A stretch of 55,124 nt of DNA, counting the filler, from Sluysia triapertura (taxonomy: Eukaryota): assembly GCA_046118255.1 (NCBI GenBank). It is 4 parts of 4 records of this genome, joined end to end, with 100 filler letters (N's around TTAATTAATTAA, not from the genome) between each part and the next. Parts side by side here need not be neighbours in the genome. Positions count along the whole stretch, not along the records: positions 26,796 to 39,646 come from JBJNIA010078049.1; positions 39,747 to 55,124 come from JBJNIA010229789.1; 2 more parts are not named here. The stretch is one strand, 5' to 3'. Positions within the stretch are counted from its first letter, which is position 1; each line of letters starts with the position of its first letter. The position numbers and the translations under genes are program-made. Below, in pieces: positions 35,579 through 48,039 of this stretch. The notes under the pieces were generated by a model. That model was given only the letters and a program-made list of their open reading frames with translations, was not told the origin of the DNA and ran no database searches.

Positions 35579-36713
35579 TAAATCAGATTTGTTATTTTTA
35601 CATACACAATTTATCAAATACAATATTGTTTTAAATAACATATAAAATAATCATATAAAATCATATAATTTATAATATCTAATTGTGTATTAAATATAAA
35701 AAATGATATATTGCCTCACATGATTAGCATTTTTTCGCAATTTTTTCTGATAATACGTTTCATTATAGTCTATTTGCATTTATCACATTTTTTCTAGCAT
35801 GTCTATATAAAAATATGGAAAATATATGACAAAATTTTTCAAAAAATAAATCAATAAATGCATCAAGTAAAAAGCAACAAAAAAATTTGCTCCATTTATT
35901 AAAGAAATTAAATAATGAAACAGTAATAAAGAAAATTAATTAATATACTTAAATTAAAATGTTTCTATTGTTAGTTTCTGTGTGCCAAATTATTAATTAA
36001 TTTAAATATTGTTTAAATTGAATCATAAAACTATCGAAAAATGTTTAAAAATACTCAAATAATGGTTTTATGAACACTTTCATACAATAAGATGAATATT
36101 GGAAATTATGGAACAAATATGAAGAAGAAGAAAATAATTATATGTTTAATTAACCTTCAAAAAACATCACGGACCAATAAAAAGTGAAAATCCGTTAAAA
36201 AATGAATACTAGCAGATACAAACAATACTAAGTAGCAAGGCAGATATAATTGAATAATAATATGAATTATACTATGAATTGTAATACATAGTGAAAATAT
36301 ATTACCAAAGTGCTGCAATTAATTAGTACATAGAAAATAAATGGTTATAAATCTATAATGAATATAAATTATTATAGAATTGCAGAAAAGTTTTGTGTTA
36401 TTTGTTGTTTTCTTAATTTATGTGGTGAGTCTTACTAACTTAAAGGCTAAGTTGTAAGTAGCAATCGAAGAAGGTAGTAACTGGAGGTAAATAATGATTT
36501 TAAATGATCATTATTTTACGTAATATAAAGTCAATACCTTTTCTTAAGAATTCAATAATTAATTAGAAAAATTCACGTAGAAATGTGGTGTCTTAAAATC
36601 GTCTTCTTGTAATATTTGTATTTTATGATTGGATGATGCTTTTCTAAACCTCCTTTGAAAATTACAAAAACAAATTCACGTGGTATATAACAACCGTTTT
36701 AAAAAAGCGACAC

Positions 36714-36811
36714 CTTACAATTCATCAAAACTCTCTTACAATTCATCAAAACTCTCTTACAATTCATCAAAACTCTCTTACAATTCATCAAAACTCTCTT
36801 ACAATTCATCA
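36714..36811. repeat. 21-bp minisatellite (CTTACAATTCATCAAAACTCT), at least 4.7 perfect copies running into a gap
   Basis: Read directly; aaactctct resumes after the gap at 36912. Confidence 0.95.
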
Positions 36812-36911
36812 NNNNNNNNNNNNNNNNNNNNNNNNNNNNNNNNNNNNNNNNNNNNNNNNNNNNNNNNNNNNNNNNNNNNNNNNNNNNNNNNNNNNNNNNN
36901 NNNNNNNNNNN
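36812..36911. other. Assembly gap (100 N)
   Basis: Run of N. Confidence 0.95.
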
Positions 36912-37622
36912 AAACTCTCTTTAATAATTAATTTAAGTATAAATTGCGACAGTATTTAAAAAACAGCGTATCCTATATTAAATATTAACAACAAATTTAA
37001 TATACATATATTACACAAAAGAATTACAATAAAATAATAAATATTAATAGGTTAATAGAATTACAGTAATAAATATTAATAGATTAATATATAATCTTTT
37101 ATTTTTGATTTTATAATAATAATTTTTTCGACCCTTAATTAAAAAAAGAGCCAAATTCTTTTAAATAATTTTGCGTAAAGGTTACTATCTTGTTAAAAAA
37201 GATAACTTATAAAAATTAAACTAACGAATAAATTTTGAAAAATGTTTTGCAAGGAAACCATCCCATCCGAATAAAAAATTAGAGAACCAAGAACAAAATT
37301 TCAAATCAAAGAAGTAAACCTAAAAATTGTCTGTGAAGTGTGTAAAATGCAAAAATAGTTTAGCTTTATATAGCTACTTAGGTGACCTTGACTAAGGTTT
37401 GTTCAATTTAATATAATTTTAAACAGTAATTTAACATTTATTTAAATCAATATTTATATAATCTACAAATACACTTATTTAACATTTTGAATTAATCAAT
37501 ATCTATTTTTAACTTTTGTAGAATTATACTAGTTAAATAGTAGAATACTGAATTAGAAGGAAGGTGATTGTATTTGAGTAATATTCACAATATGAAATAT
37601 AATTAAAACACTTCTAAGTTAA

Positions 37623-37918
37623 CCACTTTACGTGCACACTCGAGATAATTCGAAAGGGGTCGTTTTATTGATATTTATTTATTCCTGTTGAAAAGTATGA
37701 ATATTTTTACCGATACAAATGTTCTTTTTCGAAACATTCAATTCGAAAAGACAGATAATAAAAGTCGATGTACGTGCAGTGTGGATCAAAATTCAAAATT
37801 ACAATTAACATTTTGATTGCTTTTATATTTTTTGCCAACAATAGGTTAAAAAATGTTTTATCTTTAATGAAAAAAATGATTTTTTTCCGGTTCTTTTATA
37901 AAATTGTACATTAAGGGT
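37623..37918. mobile_element. piggyBac-type MITE
   Basis: TTAA|CCACTTTACGTGCACA ... TGTACATTAAGGGT|TTAA: imperfect TIRs with TTAA flanks. Confidence 0.65.
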
Positions 37919-38249
37919 TTAATTAAAACACAACGTCTTTGAAAAATAAATCTTCTATATCGTGTAGGATACCCGAAACGAAATAATACCAAAAAATGAC
38001 AAAAACTTAATTAAACTCGAATTCAAAACTGAAAACCTGCTGGATAGAATTTTCAAAGTTCTTACGGCAACTGATAATAGAATAAATATATCAACTGATG
38101 CTGGACAACACTATCACACAATAGTCATCAAGTTCTAAAGAATGTTTGAGCCTAGAATAATATTTACCCACATTAAAACACCTTCATCATAAGAACATTA
38201 AAAAGTTATAATAAAAATTAATAATTAAAAATTAATAACAATGAAAATA

Positions 38250-38700
38250 ATAATATTAAGACAATAATAATAAAAATGTAATATTTTTTAATGTCGTATT
38301 TATGTTAATGTAAAATTATCTTTGGTTCTTTTCTAAATCTTTAGATATTTATGCGTTATTTCTTTAATTTTATTTTATTAAACTTTTGTCAATATGTCTG
38401 AATGCTATTTTATATTTTATAAATTTTATACGTACTTATAAAATTCTTGTTCTCTTTTATTAATTCAAATCTCTTTATAAATTTTTATAATTATTCTGAA
38501 TTAGACTTAACTGAAGTTATGAATTATTATAGTCGTTCTCGTTCAGGATAGAAGTGCTTAATAATAACCTTTAAATATTAATTGATTCTAAACTTTATTA
38601 AATCCTTCAGTAATTGCTTATTCCTTGTTTAATAGTTTTAATATGATTATACGGGCTCCAATATCAACCACTTCAATTAACTAAAAGTTAAAAATATGCG
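38250..38700 (-). mobile_element. Possible very old third PBS/gag remnant
   Basis: The minus strand has tggagcccgta (PBS-like, ~38650-38660) followed by atagcattcagacatat, similar to gag ttgctattcagacatac. Confidence 0.3.
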
Positions 38701-39646
38701 ACAATTAAAGTCAAGCAAAACTTTAAAATATCTATTAAGTCAAGATAGTTAAGGTTATTAATTTTATTAAAGTTGTTAATTATTACAAATATAATCAGTA
38801 TACTTATATTACTAAATTTTATGAATTCGTAATCTTAATTTATTACTTTAACTTTAGCTAAATAATTAAAAGTAGAACACAAAATTTTTAAAAATTTATT
38901 AATAAATCGATTTTAAAATTCAGACTAATAAAATGATGACTATAAATTATATGATCAATTGATCACAGATCGTCCTTCATTGAATTCAGTGATACAGTTC
39001 TCTAATGTCTGTTATTACTTTTTCTGATCAATTAATTATAAATAATCTTTCATTAAATTTGGTATGATTTTCCAGAATGAAATATCTTCGATCCGTTTGA
39101 CCTATTAATAATTAATTTTTTGTGTGTTGAGATTTTATATTCGCAGTTTAAATAATTCGCAATAATATTCCAATTCAATTTAGTTAATATTAAATAATAA
39201 TCCAGTACGATTAGTTAATATAATAATAATTTATTGTATGAATCAAATAAATAATTAACAGTATTCCAATTCAATTCAATTTAGTTAATAAAATGTATGG
39301 TGATGTAAGAATGTATCAAGAGGTGATTGTGATATACTAAGAATGTTTAAAAGTATGTTATTGTTTATACGTTGGATGTTTTCGGTTTTGATAATACTAC
39401 AGTAACTGAATAGTTATTGGCTATAAATCGTGAACAAGAAAAAATAATATATAAACATGAGAATTTCGTATAATAGTTATTCGTTTGCAATTATCAATTT
39501 TAAAATTTTATTATCTAACATTTTCTATTTTATTAAGTAAATATTCTGTGAAATTAGTCTCAGCCAAAATCAGAGATGAATAAGAGCAATAAGAACGACA
39601 ACAACAATTATTATTATTATAATTATTATTATTATAATATATATAT

Positions 39647-39746
39647 NNNNNNNNNNNNNNNNNNNNNNNNNNNNNNNNNNNNNNNNNNNNTTAATTAATT
39701 AANNNNNNNNNNNNNNNNNNNNNNNNNNNNNNNNNNNNNNNNNNNN
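39647..39746. other. Assembly gap with artificial linker
   Basis: N44-TTAATTAATTAA-N44. Confidence 0.95.
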
Positions 39747-41640
39747 AAGCTCTTGGAAATCAAATCAATAACAACACAACAATTTACTGGTTAAATAAAA
39801 ATCAATTACAAATTAGTATTATTGTAAATCTCTATTAAGCAGTACTAAAAATGATTAAAATGATGAGATTAACAATAACGTTTATAATAGACTCAATTAC
39901 ATAACAATCTATCAAAAGAAACCACAGGTGACGCAAGACTAAGAAAAATATTAACTATTATTCACAATTATCAAATATGATTTTTCAACACACACAAAAA
40001 CGAAAAACTATTTTAATAAAAATCCTCCAAAAAGTAATATTATTTTTAATTTTAAAATAAATTCAAAAATTACTTAAAGCAGGGATCTTCTCATTTTCAT
40101 TACTAATTGTTATTATTGTTGTGTTGTAGTTGTTGTGTTGTGCTATAAAATTTTTAAGTTTTCCTTTTTATATTTTCTCATCATCCAATAATTTCCAAAT
40201 TTTGTGATTAAACATTTTCTCACATATATCATTGCAACATTCTTTGTGAATTAATCCGACAATACAGACAGTGAAACTTTATTAGATACAGAACACTAAA
40301 GATTGATTTACGAATACCTATTATTTTCCTTTGCTCTACTCAATCTACTTTTACTTAAATTAATTCTCACATTAAAAGAAGAATCATTATTATTGTTAAC
40401 ATACATAAAAAATAATGAATTTAATTTCAGTTTTCAGAATTTAATCGATTTCTGGTTTTTCCACACTCAATTTTCTAATGAAAAATGTTTTAAGATTCTT
40501 ATTCTCAAACAAACCATTCTACAAACATTTTGAACTCACTTATAGATTCTCCTCTTTCATATCAATCTTCTCATATTCAATTCATTATATTTGCATCATT
40601 CTAAGTGTAAAAATTCAACGTTACATAATTAAGAATTAATTAAAATTTGACTTTGCTCAATATTAAGGCTTTCCTTGCATGAACTCAGTCAAGCCATACT
40701 TTCATCGAAATGTCTTTTCAAAACAAATGCATACACAGTTTCAGATTCAACATAGCATGCCTCATTCAAAAGTTATTCACAAAACCTATTTTTTCTTAAT
40801 TAAGTTAATTAAGATTTTAATTAATTAATCTATTTTTAGACTTAATCTTATTCTATTATTGAGGTTCTAAAGTTATTTCGTAGTTTATAAGGCATTCAGG
40901 GGACTCCAGATGTTTTCACCTTCACCTCTCTGATTCCCTTTTCTACTTATTCATGTTAATTATCACTATACTAGATCTATTCTTAATACAAATAACAAAG
41001 ATTTTATTTCTCAACTATTTTAAAGATTTAAACACTATAAGGTTAAGGATCTCAAATGCTCATCGATGTTCCAAGATACTTAAAGGTTGCTAAGGTCTTA
41101 AATGATCTAAAGGCTCACTAGTTCAAAGGTACCTAATGCTTCTAAAGGTTTTTCAAGTCCATCGCAAGCTTCTATAAGGTCTCAAAACCTTGTATAGTGT
41201 GGTGGTCAACATATAACTTTTAACAAAATTAATTTTTTTCTGACATAACAAAATCACTCTTCACAATATTTTACAACGCTTAATACCATCAAACATGTCA
41301 AACATAAAATTTCATATCATTTTAAATCTCATATTTTATCTCCTTTACTCCCAATAGAACCTTGTTACAGATTTCATACTGTATAACATTAAAATTACAT
41401 GCACGTTCAGATCATTAACGCACATTAAATTGTATTTAAAATATTTCAACCCATAATTCACAATATCAGAATTACAATTCCACTTAAAAACCATCAATCT
41501 AAAATTTTAAGTTAATTCAGAACATTTTAATCCAGGATTTCAACATTCAATCACACTTTCACTCAAAACATTTTAAAACCATATTTTATCACATTTCACA
41601 ATAACATCCACACTATTAGGCTAAAGAAATAATGTCAAGA
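39747..41640 (+). repeat. Longest uninterrupted R1 repeat copy (~1.9 kb)
   Basis: Contains all blocks shared with the other copies: aggtgacgcaa, tcatcatcca, ctctactcaatcta, cattctacaaacattttgaactcact, ttgctcaatattaaggcttt, ttcaccttcacct..ctgattcc, gtggtcaacatataac. Confidence 0.8.
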
Positions 41641-42314
41641 AAATAGTTAAATTAAAAAGAAAGCTCGTGTATTAAGGTAAAAGCAAAAAGGAATTTATGT
41701 TTTATTTAGTTTTGATTATATTTATTATCATCTTTATTTATTATAATTATTATCGGAATTGTCACCATTATTATTATTATTATTCTTTATTATTATTCTT
41801 CATTATAATCAATCACAATCATATTTACTCGGTAACGAGATTTAATGTAATTACCTGCCGTCTGTAGACAGCTTAATTAGAATAATTTAATGTATTTTGC
41901 TCACTGCCTACCGATGGCATACACTCACTTAATCACCTTACTTATTTCATAATTAGTTTGATACCAACTGACCATTAGACGTCTCTTAATACAAATGATG
42001 AACAATTTACAAAACTTACACGTCTCTTTGTCAATTTAAAATCTACAAATTTGTTCGTGTGTAGGTTTAAGGCTACGCTTTCTTTCTGTGTTTGTCTATT
42101 GTGTGTATAATCATTTTCATGTTTTTGTCTATACATAAAGTAGTATTCGTATGTTTAACGTAGTCACCATTTATTTATTAAAACTTAAGCTTAGAATAAC
42201 AAAAACATATAAAATAAAAGTATTCTTAAAATTGAAAATTTAAAAACGTTAAAAAATTAATCATTAAAGTGAAAATTTTATATTGATCATAAAAGCATAT
42301 GCAATTCTTCTACA

Positions 42315-43370
42315 ATGATTACAACTGTGGCTAAATTACCAGCAATATTAGATTACATTTCAAAGTTAAAATATTCAAAACCGGCTCAAGTTCGACAACA
42401 TGATATGCCATTATTACCATAATGTAAAGATGAGATTAGTTTATCTAAAACCGGCAGTAAAAAGATTGTTCCGTACGGTATTCCATTCATTCAGCGATGT
42501 GTAGTCCACGATCATCGATTAATATATGTAAGGATTTTGATTCCTACAGTTGAATTAGCAATACGAAAGTACTTTCAGCTAATAAGAATGAGCAAAGGAT
42601 TAAATCTGAGTTTAATGCGTTCATCTAGTGATATAAATATGATCGATCAACTAACGGAACTTAGTATTTTAGATACCTACATTGTAGTAGCGATTCCGTG
42701 TCGAATTTTGATGATGTTCTATCATACGATTCAAATTAAAGAAATATTTATCCTATACATGTGATAATTATGGAGGCAGATAAAATGATGCGTTATGAAT
42801 TAGATGAAGAGACAGAAAGAGTTTTATGCATATTACCATCAAAAATATGTAATAAAAGAAAACAGATGTTCAAACAAATACAAATTCACTCAGCGACATG
42901 TTATGGAGAAGTTGAAAAGAAATTTAGGATTTCGTGTTATGATTTGAAACATTATTTTTGGACGATGACGAACCATACTAAAAATAAAGTTAATTTAAGA
43001 ATAATATTCGAAGCATTGACACATTACATTGATGAAACATCTGTGTTTAAAGTTTTAGTCTTTGCTAATGATGTTTCTGATACACAAGTTATGTTTACTA
43101 ACGATTTTTTCAGTAAAGTTATTAAAATTATAGTTTTAGTCGCCAAACCACAATGTTATAAAAATTATGGATTCTTATTACTACAAAGCTAAACGATTTG
43201 CAAGCGATATTAGACTAGTTTTTGTGCCTGCTTTTGTAATTTATGAAATCGAAAAGTCTCAATCAAGTCCGGACAATTCTGCATCCCAAGATGGCTATAT
43301 TAATCAATTTAAAACACGTCAGACGATTGCGAAACCCTACAATCTGAGGAGCCGACATCCAATGACATAA
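42315..43370 (+). pseudogene. Intronless, degenerate DEAD-box RNA helicase-like pseudogene
   Basis: Motifs in the correct order and spacing: Q-like LKYSKPAQVRQHDMPLL, I SKTGSKK..YGIPFIQ, Ia ILIPTVELA, Ib IVVAIPCRIL, II IIMEADKMM, III HSAT, IV KVLVFAN. Stop at 42420-42422 and frameshifts at ~42745 and ~43170. Confidence 0.8.
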
Positions 43371-44272
43371 AAGTAAATTTAGCTTATTATTATTTAACTG
43401 TGGAATTAATTTTATATGTTTATTTATTTAGTAACATTAGGTCAACAAATCTGTGGCATATTCGAAAAATCTTTAACATCACTTTTGAAAATTTTAGTCT
43501 TGGTATTTTTAATAAAAATAGATTATTATATAGTTTATAGTTTTTTTATAAGGAATCTAAATTATATTATGTAATTAAAGCTATAACAAAGTGTAATCGT
43601 TATCTTAACTTTTAATTTTAATAAACTAAAAGAAAAATGTATAATATACATTTACTATTTGAAGTCAATCATTTTTTGTAATATGATCAACTATCTAAAA
43701 ACATCACACATCAATTTCTATCAGTTCTTCCTTGATTTTATAGTTCCATATGTTTCTACTCATCTCCTGATCTACAGTTTGGCAATTCCAACAGTTGTGC
43801 GATTGTGTTGTGAAATTTTTAAGTTATTCATTTTATATACTTTCATCATCCAACCAATCCTGAGTCTCACAATCTTAAACTCTCTCACACAAATCATTAA
43901 AACTTCTTTGAGAATTAAACCGACAATAATAACTTTGACAATTACATGGTACGGTCTGTCAAACTTCATTGAGTACAAAACATAGAAACATGATTTATTA
44001 TCAACCATCACTTTCTTTTACTCTACTCAATCTATTTTTACTTCTCACATTAAAATAACAAGCAACAATATTATTAACATACATAAAAATAATGAATTTA
44101 ATTTCACTTTTTAGAATTTAACTGATTTTCAATTTTTCACACCAAATTTTCTAATGAAAAATGTTTAAGGTTCTCAAACATGCCATTCTACAAACATTTT
44201 GAACTCACTTTTAGATTCTCCTCTCTCATGGCAATCATCTGATTTTCCATTCATTATATTTGCATCATTCTA

Positions 44273-45299
44273 TGTGAAAGAGTTTTATTATAAATTAAAC
44301 TTACAAAATAGGTTGGTTGTTAAGTCCACTTAATAAGCACAATTTATATCAGCCTGGAAGACGTGTTATAGGGTTTACAATAAGTTTCAAAAATAAAAGT
44401 TATTTTCATTAAGGGCTAAATTAGTTGTTTATGTAGCTCAAATTAAAAGTTATTTTAATATGGGTTAAAGTAGTCGTTTTACGATCTAGTATATAAAATC
44501 AATTTAAACTACCCTTTAAGATCTACATTACAAAAACAGAAAATTAAGTTACCTTTAAGGTCTAACGCTTCAATGGATAAATTTTATATTTGAACTAGCC
44601 TTCAAGTTCTGGTGTTCATGTACTGAAAGTTATTAATAAAATCACCAAATTTAATATCAAAGATAAGTATAAAATGATACATTGTATAATCATTGTTTAA
44701 GACACAAAAACTGTAATAAAGATAATATTTTATCAATATTTAAGAAGCACAATACAACTTTTTAATATTCCTTTGTTTTTAATAAATTAAATTAATAAAA
44801 TAAATTAAGTTAGACATTAAAAACTAGCATTAAAATTCTAAAAGTTTTAAGTCTGATTTTAGCTCTTACTTTTTACGATAAGAACATATACTTATAAATA
44901 ATCAAAATTACTACTGCATGGAATTGATAAAAATCTTCAGTTAAATCTTTCATTAATGATGGTTAAATTAAATTATGGTCAAAATATGGTGGCCTTAATG
45001 AAAATTCTGCAATCTATTTAAATCATTTTCACTATGGAAGCCATTTTAAATTATTTGTTTAATTTAAACAAAAATCATTTTAAAATTTTTTTTCATTTTT
45101 AATATTAAATTTTAAACTATTTAATATTTATTTTAATTTTAATTTTAACTATTTAGTATTTGAAATTTAATCTTAAATTTAATGCTATTTAAATATTTTC
45201 ATAGTTTTATTTCGAAAACAATTATAATATTTATAGTATTTAAAAGTAATAATTACATAAAAATAATTTAAATTTACAATTTAAAACTACAAGTCAACG
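44273..45299 (-). mobile_element. Solo LTR (second family), inverted
   Basis: Discrete ~1-kb insertion relative to the intact R1 copy. Its minus-strand end (gt.cttatta.g.g.ac...tattttgtaag...aactctttcaCA) matches 51276-51336. Confidence 0.65.
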
Positions 45300-45396
45300 T
45301 AAATATAAAAATTCAACATTCCATAATTAAGAATTAATTAAAATCTGGCTTTGCTCAATATTAAGGCTTTCTTTGCTTGACTTGGTCAAACCATAC

Positions 45397-46715
45397 TGTA
45401 AAGGTGTACAAAATATTTTTATATTTTATTTATTATTATTTAAAAAATTATTGTAAAAATGTACGAAATATTTTTATATTTTATTATTAAATTAAATTAT
45501 TATTTAAAAAATTATTATTCAAATTATATTAAAATTAAAATTATTACTCAATTACTCTAAAAAATAATACAAAAAGAAGCTTCCAGAAGTGATTTGTTTA
45601 ATTGAAGTAAATTTTAAAAAATGTCTTTATGTGCATATAAAGACAGACATGAATAAAGAAGCCATTAGTAAACATAATACGCCATTTTGCATTACAAAGC
45701 AAACAAAGTTTATAATCACAACAAATCATCATCAACATTTCCATGTCTATTACAATTAATTCATCAGCGTGTTACTTGTTCCAACAATTTTCCAATTCGT
45801 CTTTCAAGTTATCGTGTAAATCCCGCATGTTCGATTAGAGGGTTAACAATTTCCAAGCATCAGCGGCACAAGATATCAAATCCACTTAGAAAAATATTTC
45901 TGGAAACTGATCTACGATTTTATTAATTAAATCAGTAAGTTTGTTGCATATATTGTGAATACTCATTTTTTTGAGTTAAAATCTACACTCAAAATACAAA
46001 TTTTACGGTTGGTCACAAAATTAATTTAAAATATAAATTATTCTTTAGTTGGCCCTTAAGGTCAATTATAAAATCATTATTATAAGGTAGAGTCTCTCGG
46101 CTAGACCGTTATTATAACTTAATTTTTATCATTATTACAGTTTTATTATTTATAAACTGTTGTTATTGTTAATAATTGCTTTTTTTAATTTTTATAAATT
46201 AGCAGTATTTTTATTCGAATTTTCTTTTTGTTATATAATAAAACTTGGATTTTGTTAAATATTAGTTTCTTATAATTTTAATATTGAAATTAATAACATA
46301 ATTTTAACTCGCTTCCGCGAACGATTTTTAAATTCAATAAGCTATTATAAATCGTATTCTGATTATAGTATAAGCTTGCTAATTTCTTAGAACGCTTCAA
46401 AAAATCTAATGATTAGTAAAATAAGACTTTAAAGAGTAATAAGATAAAAGAGTAATATATTTTTAATTTTATTTCTTACATAAACTCAAATACTACATAC
46501 GCCAGCGTTGGTCGTAATTATTTTTTAAGTCATTTAGCAGAAGACGTTTTTGCCCATTATTGTTAAATTAAGGCAAAGAGTATATTTTATACTATTAATC
46601 TTAATAATTGTTTTCACGTAAATTTACAGGCACGCCATTAGTATTCGTATACTGTAAACGAACTTAGAATAATAAATTATTTCGTTAGGTTTTTGTATTA
46701 AGAAAAACACCAGTA
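45397..46715 (+). mobile_element. Solo LTR, same family as 1479-2758
   Basis: TGTAAAGGTGTA...AGAAAAACACCAGTA, colinear throughout with 1479-2758, with no PBS after it. Inserted at ccatac|ttcatc of R1 (empty site at ~40694-40706). Confidence 0.88.
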
Positions 46716-47080
46716 AACCTTCATCAAAAGATCTTTTTAAAACGAATACATAGACATTTCAAATTTCACCTAGCATTTCACATTCAAAAGTTATTCACAA
46801 AAACATACTTTTTCTTAATTTAGTTAATTAAGATTTTAATTAATTAATCTATTTTTGGACTTAATCTTATTTTATGTTTAAAGGTTTTTATTAAGGTTTT
46901 TAAGGCATTCAGTAGGCTCTAGATGCTTTCACCTTCACCTCCCTGATTCCTTTTTTACTTCTTTATGTTAATTATTTTATTTCTAAAATATTTTAAAGAT
47001 TTTCTATAACATTTTAAAGGTTATTCGAAGATCTTAGATGATTATTATGGTTTTAATAGGTCTTAAAAGATTTAAAGAAT

Positions 47081-48017
47081 TGCTGTGGTTTTTCTAATAC
47101 TTAACCTACGGCAAAATATTTTTTAGCAGGGTTCGGTTACAGTAAGCGACTTACAACGTATCGTTGGCACTCCTGTAACTAATAAGTTTAAGATCACTTA
47201 AAAATAATGTCTCTACTAAATTAATTAACTTAGGAGGTTCTTCAACTACTAAATAAACTCAATAATTTACTAATTAATTAACACGAAAAATCAAATTATT
47301 TTATTAGAAAAATGTACAAAAACGTTATTAAATTCAAAGATAATAGATTATAAAAATAAAACTGAACAAATATTATTAAAGATTAAAGCTCCGAGAGCGT
47401 TTAATCTAATACTGATAAAAAAAGTTGATTTTTCTCCCTCAATATGCCGGGACTTATAAAACTTTATAAATTAATAGATAATTTAAGTGCATTTTAAGAC
47501 TTTAACTTCAAAAGTTAAAATCCAACCTAACAAATATATAAATTACCAGATTCAAAAATTGATTTTCAAATTCCAAAATCTTCACGATTAATTCGAAGGC
47601 ATTAAAATCCAAGAAAGTATTGTAAATGGCGACTGATAGAGAACAAATATGGCGACTGATAGAGAACAAATATGGCGACTATTAAATGATGGTTGATTAA
47701 TACAAAATGGCAATTTTCATTGTATGATGCTAGTTTATATATTAGTCATCATCCAATGAAAATCGATGGAATGTTCTAAAATATTCTAGAACATTCTAGG
47801 AGCTTCTAATCTATTTTTAGAAGCTTATTTTCTATTTTCGAAATTTTATTTTCTTTTTTGGAAAATAATTGTATTTTGAGTAATTTTACAAATTAATAAT
47901 TGATTGTAAAATATTTTATATGCTTTTAATTAATTTTTTGATAATTCTAAATATTTTAAATTAATTTTATGCTGTTATTTTATCATTTTAAAATCATTTT
48001 AGAGGGTTGTGATGACA
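47081..48017 (-). mobile_element. Related LTR in inverted orientation (distal boundary uncertain)
   Basis: The minus-strand end cagg..gcca...gtaagtcg...tactgtaa.cgaac...agaaaaaccacagca matches the 3' ends of LTRs 1479-2758 and 45397-46715. Contains a 23-bp tandem repeat at 47626-47680. Confidence 0.6.
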
Positions 48018-48039
48018 ACTTAACAGTAATAAGACTAAT

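Larger units (their letters stand above)
43660..47080 (+). repeat. R1 copy split into three pieces (43660-44272, 45300-45396, 46716-47080) by two solo-LTR insertions
   Basis: Removing the two inserts restores colinearity with ~40180-41110 (tgcatcattcta|..taaaaattcaac; ccatac|.ttcatc). Confidence 0.8.

Noticed and set aside
36680-36931. ORF with YNSSKLS repeats
   Set aside because: Translation of a 21-bp minisatellite running into a gap, with no independent coding evidence.
43659-44011. ORFs shared between R1 copies (43659-43985 and 169-402) as a conserved gene
   Set aside because: The frame is not kept in the 40200-40530 or 52700-52990 copies, and the similarity follows from nucleotide identity of the repeat.
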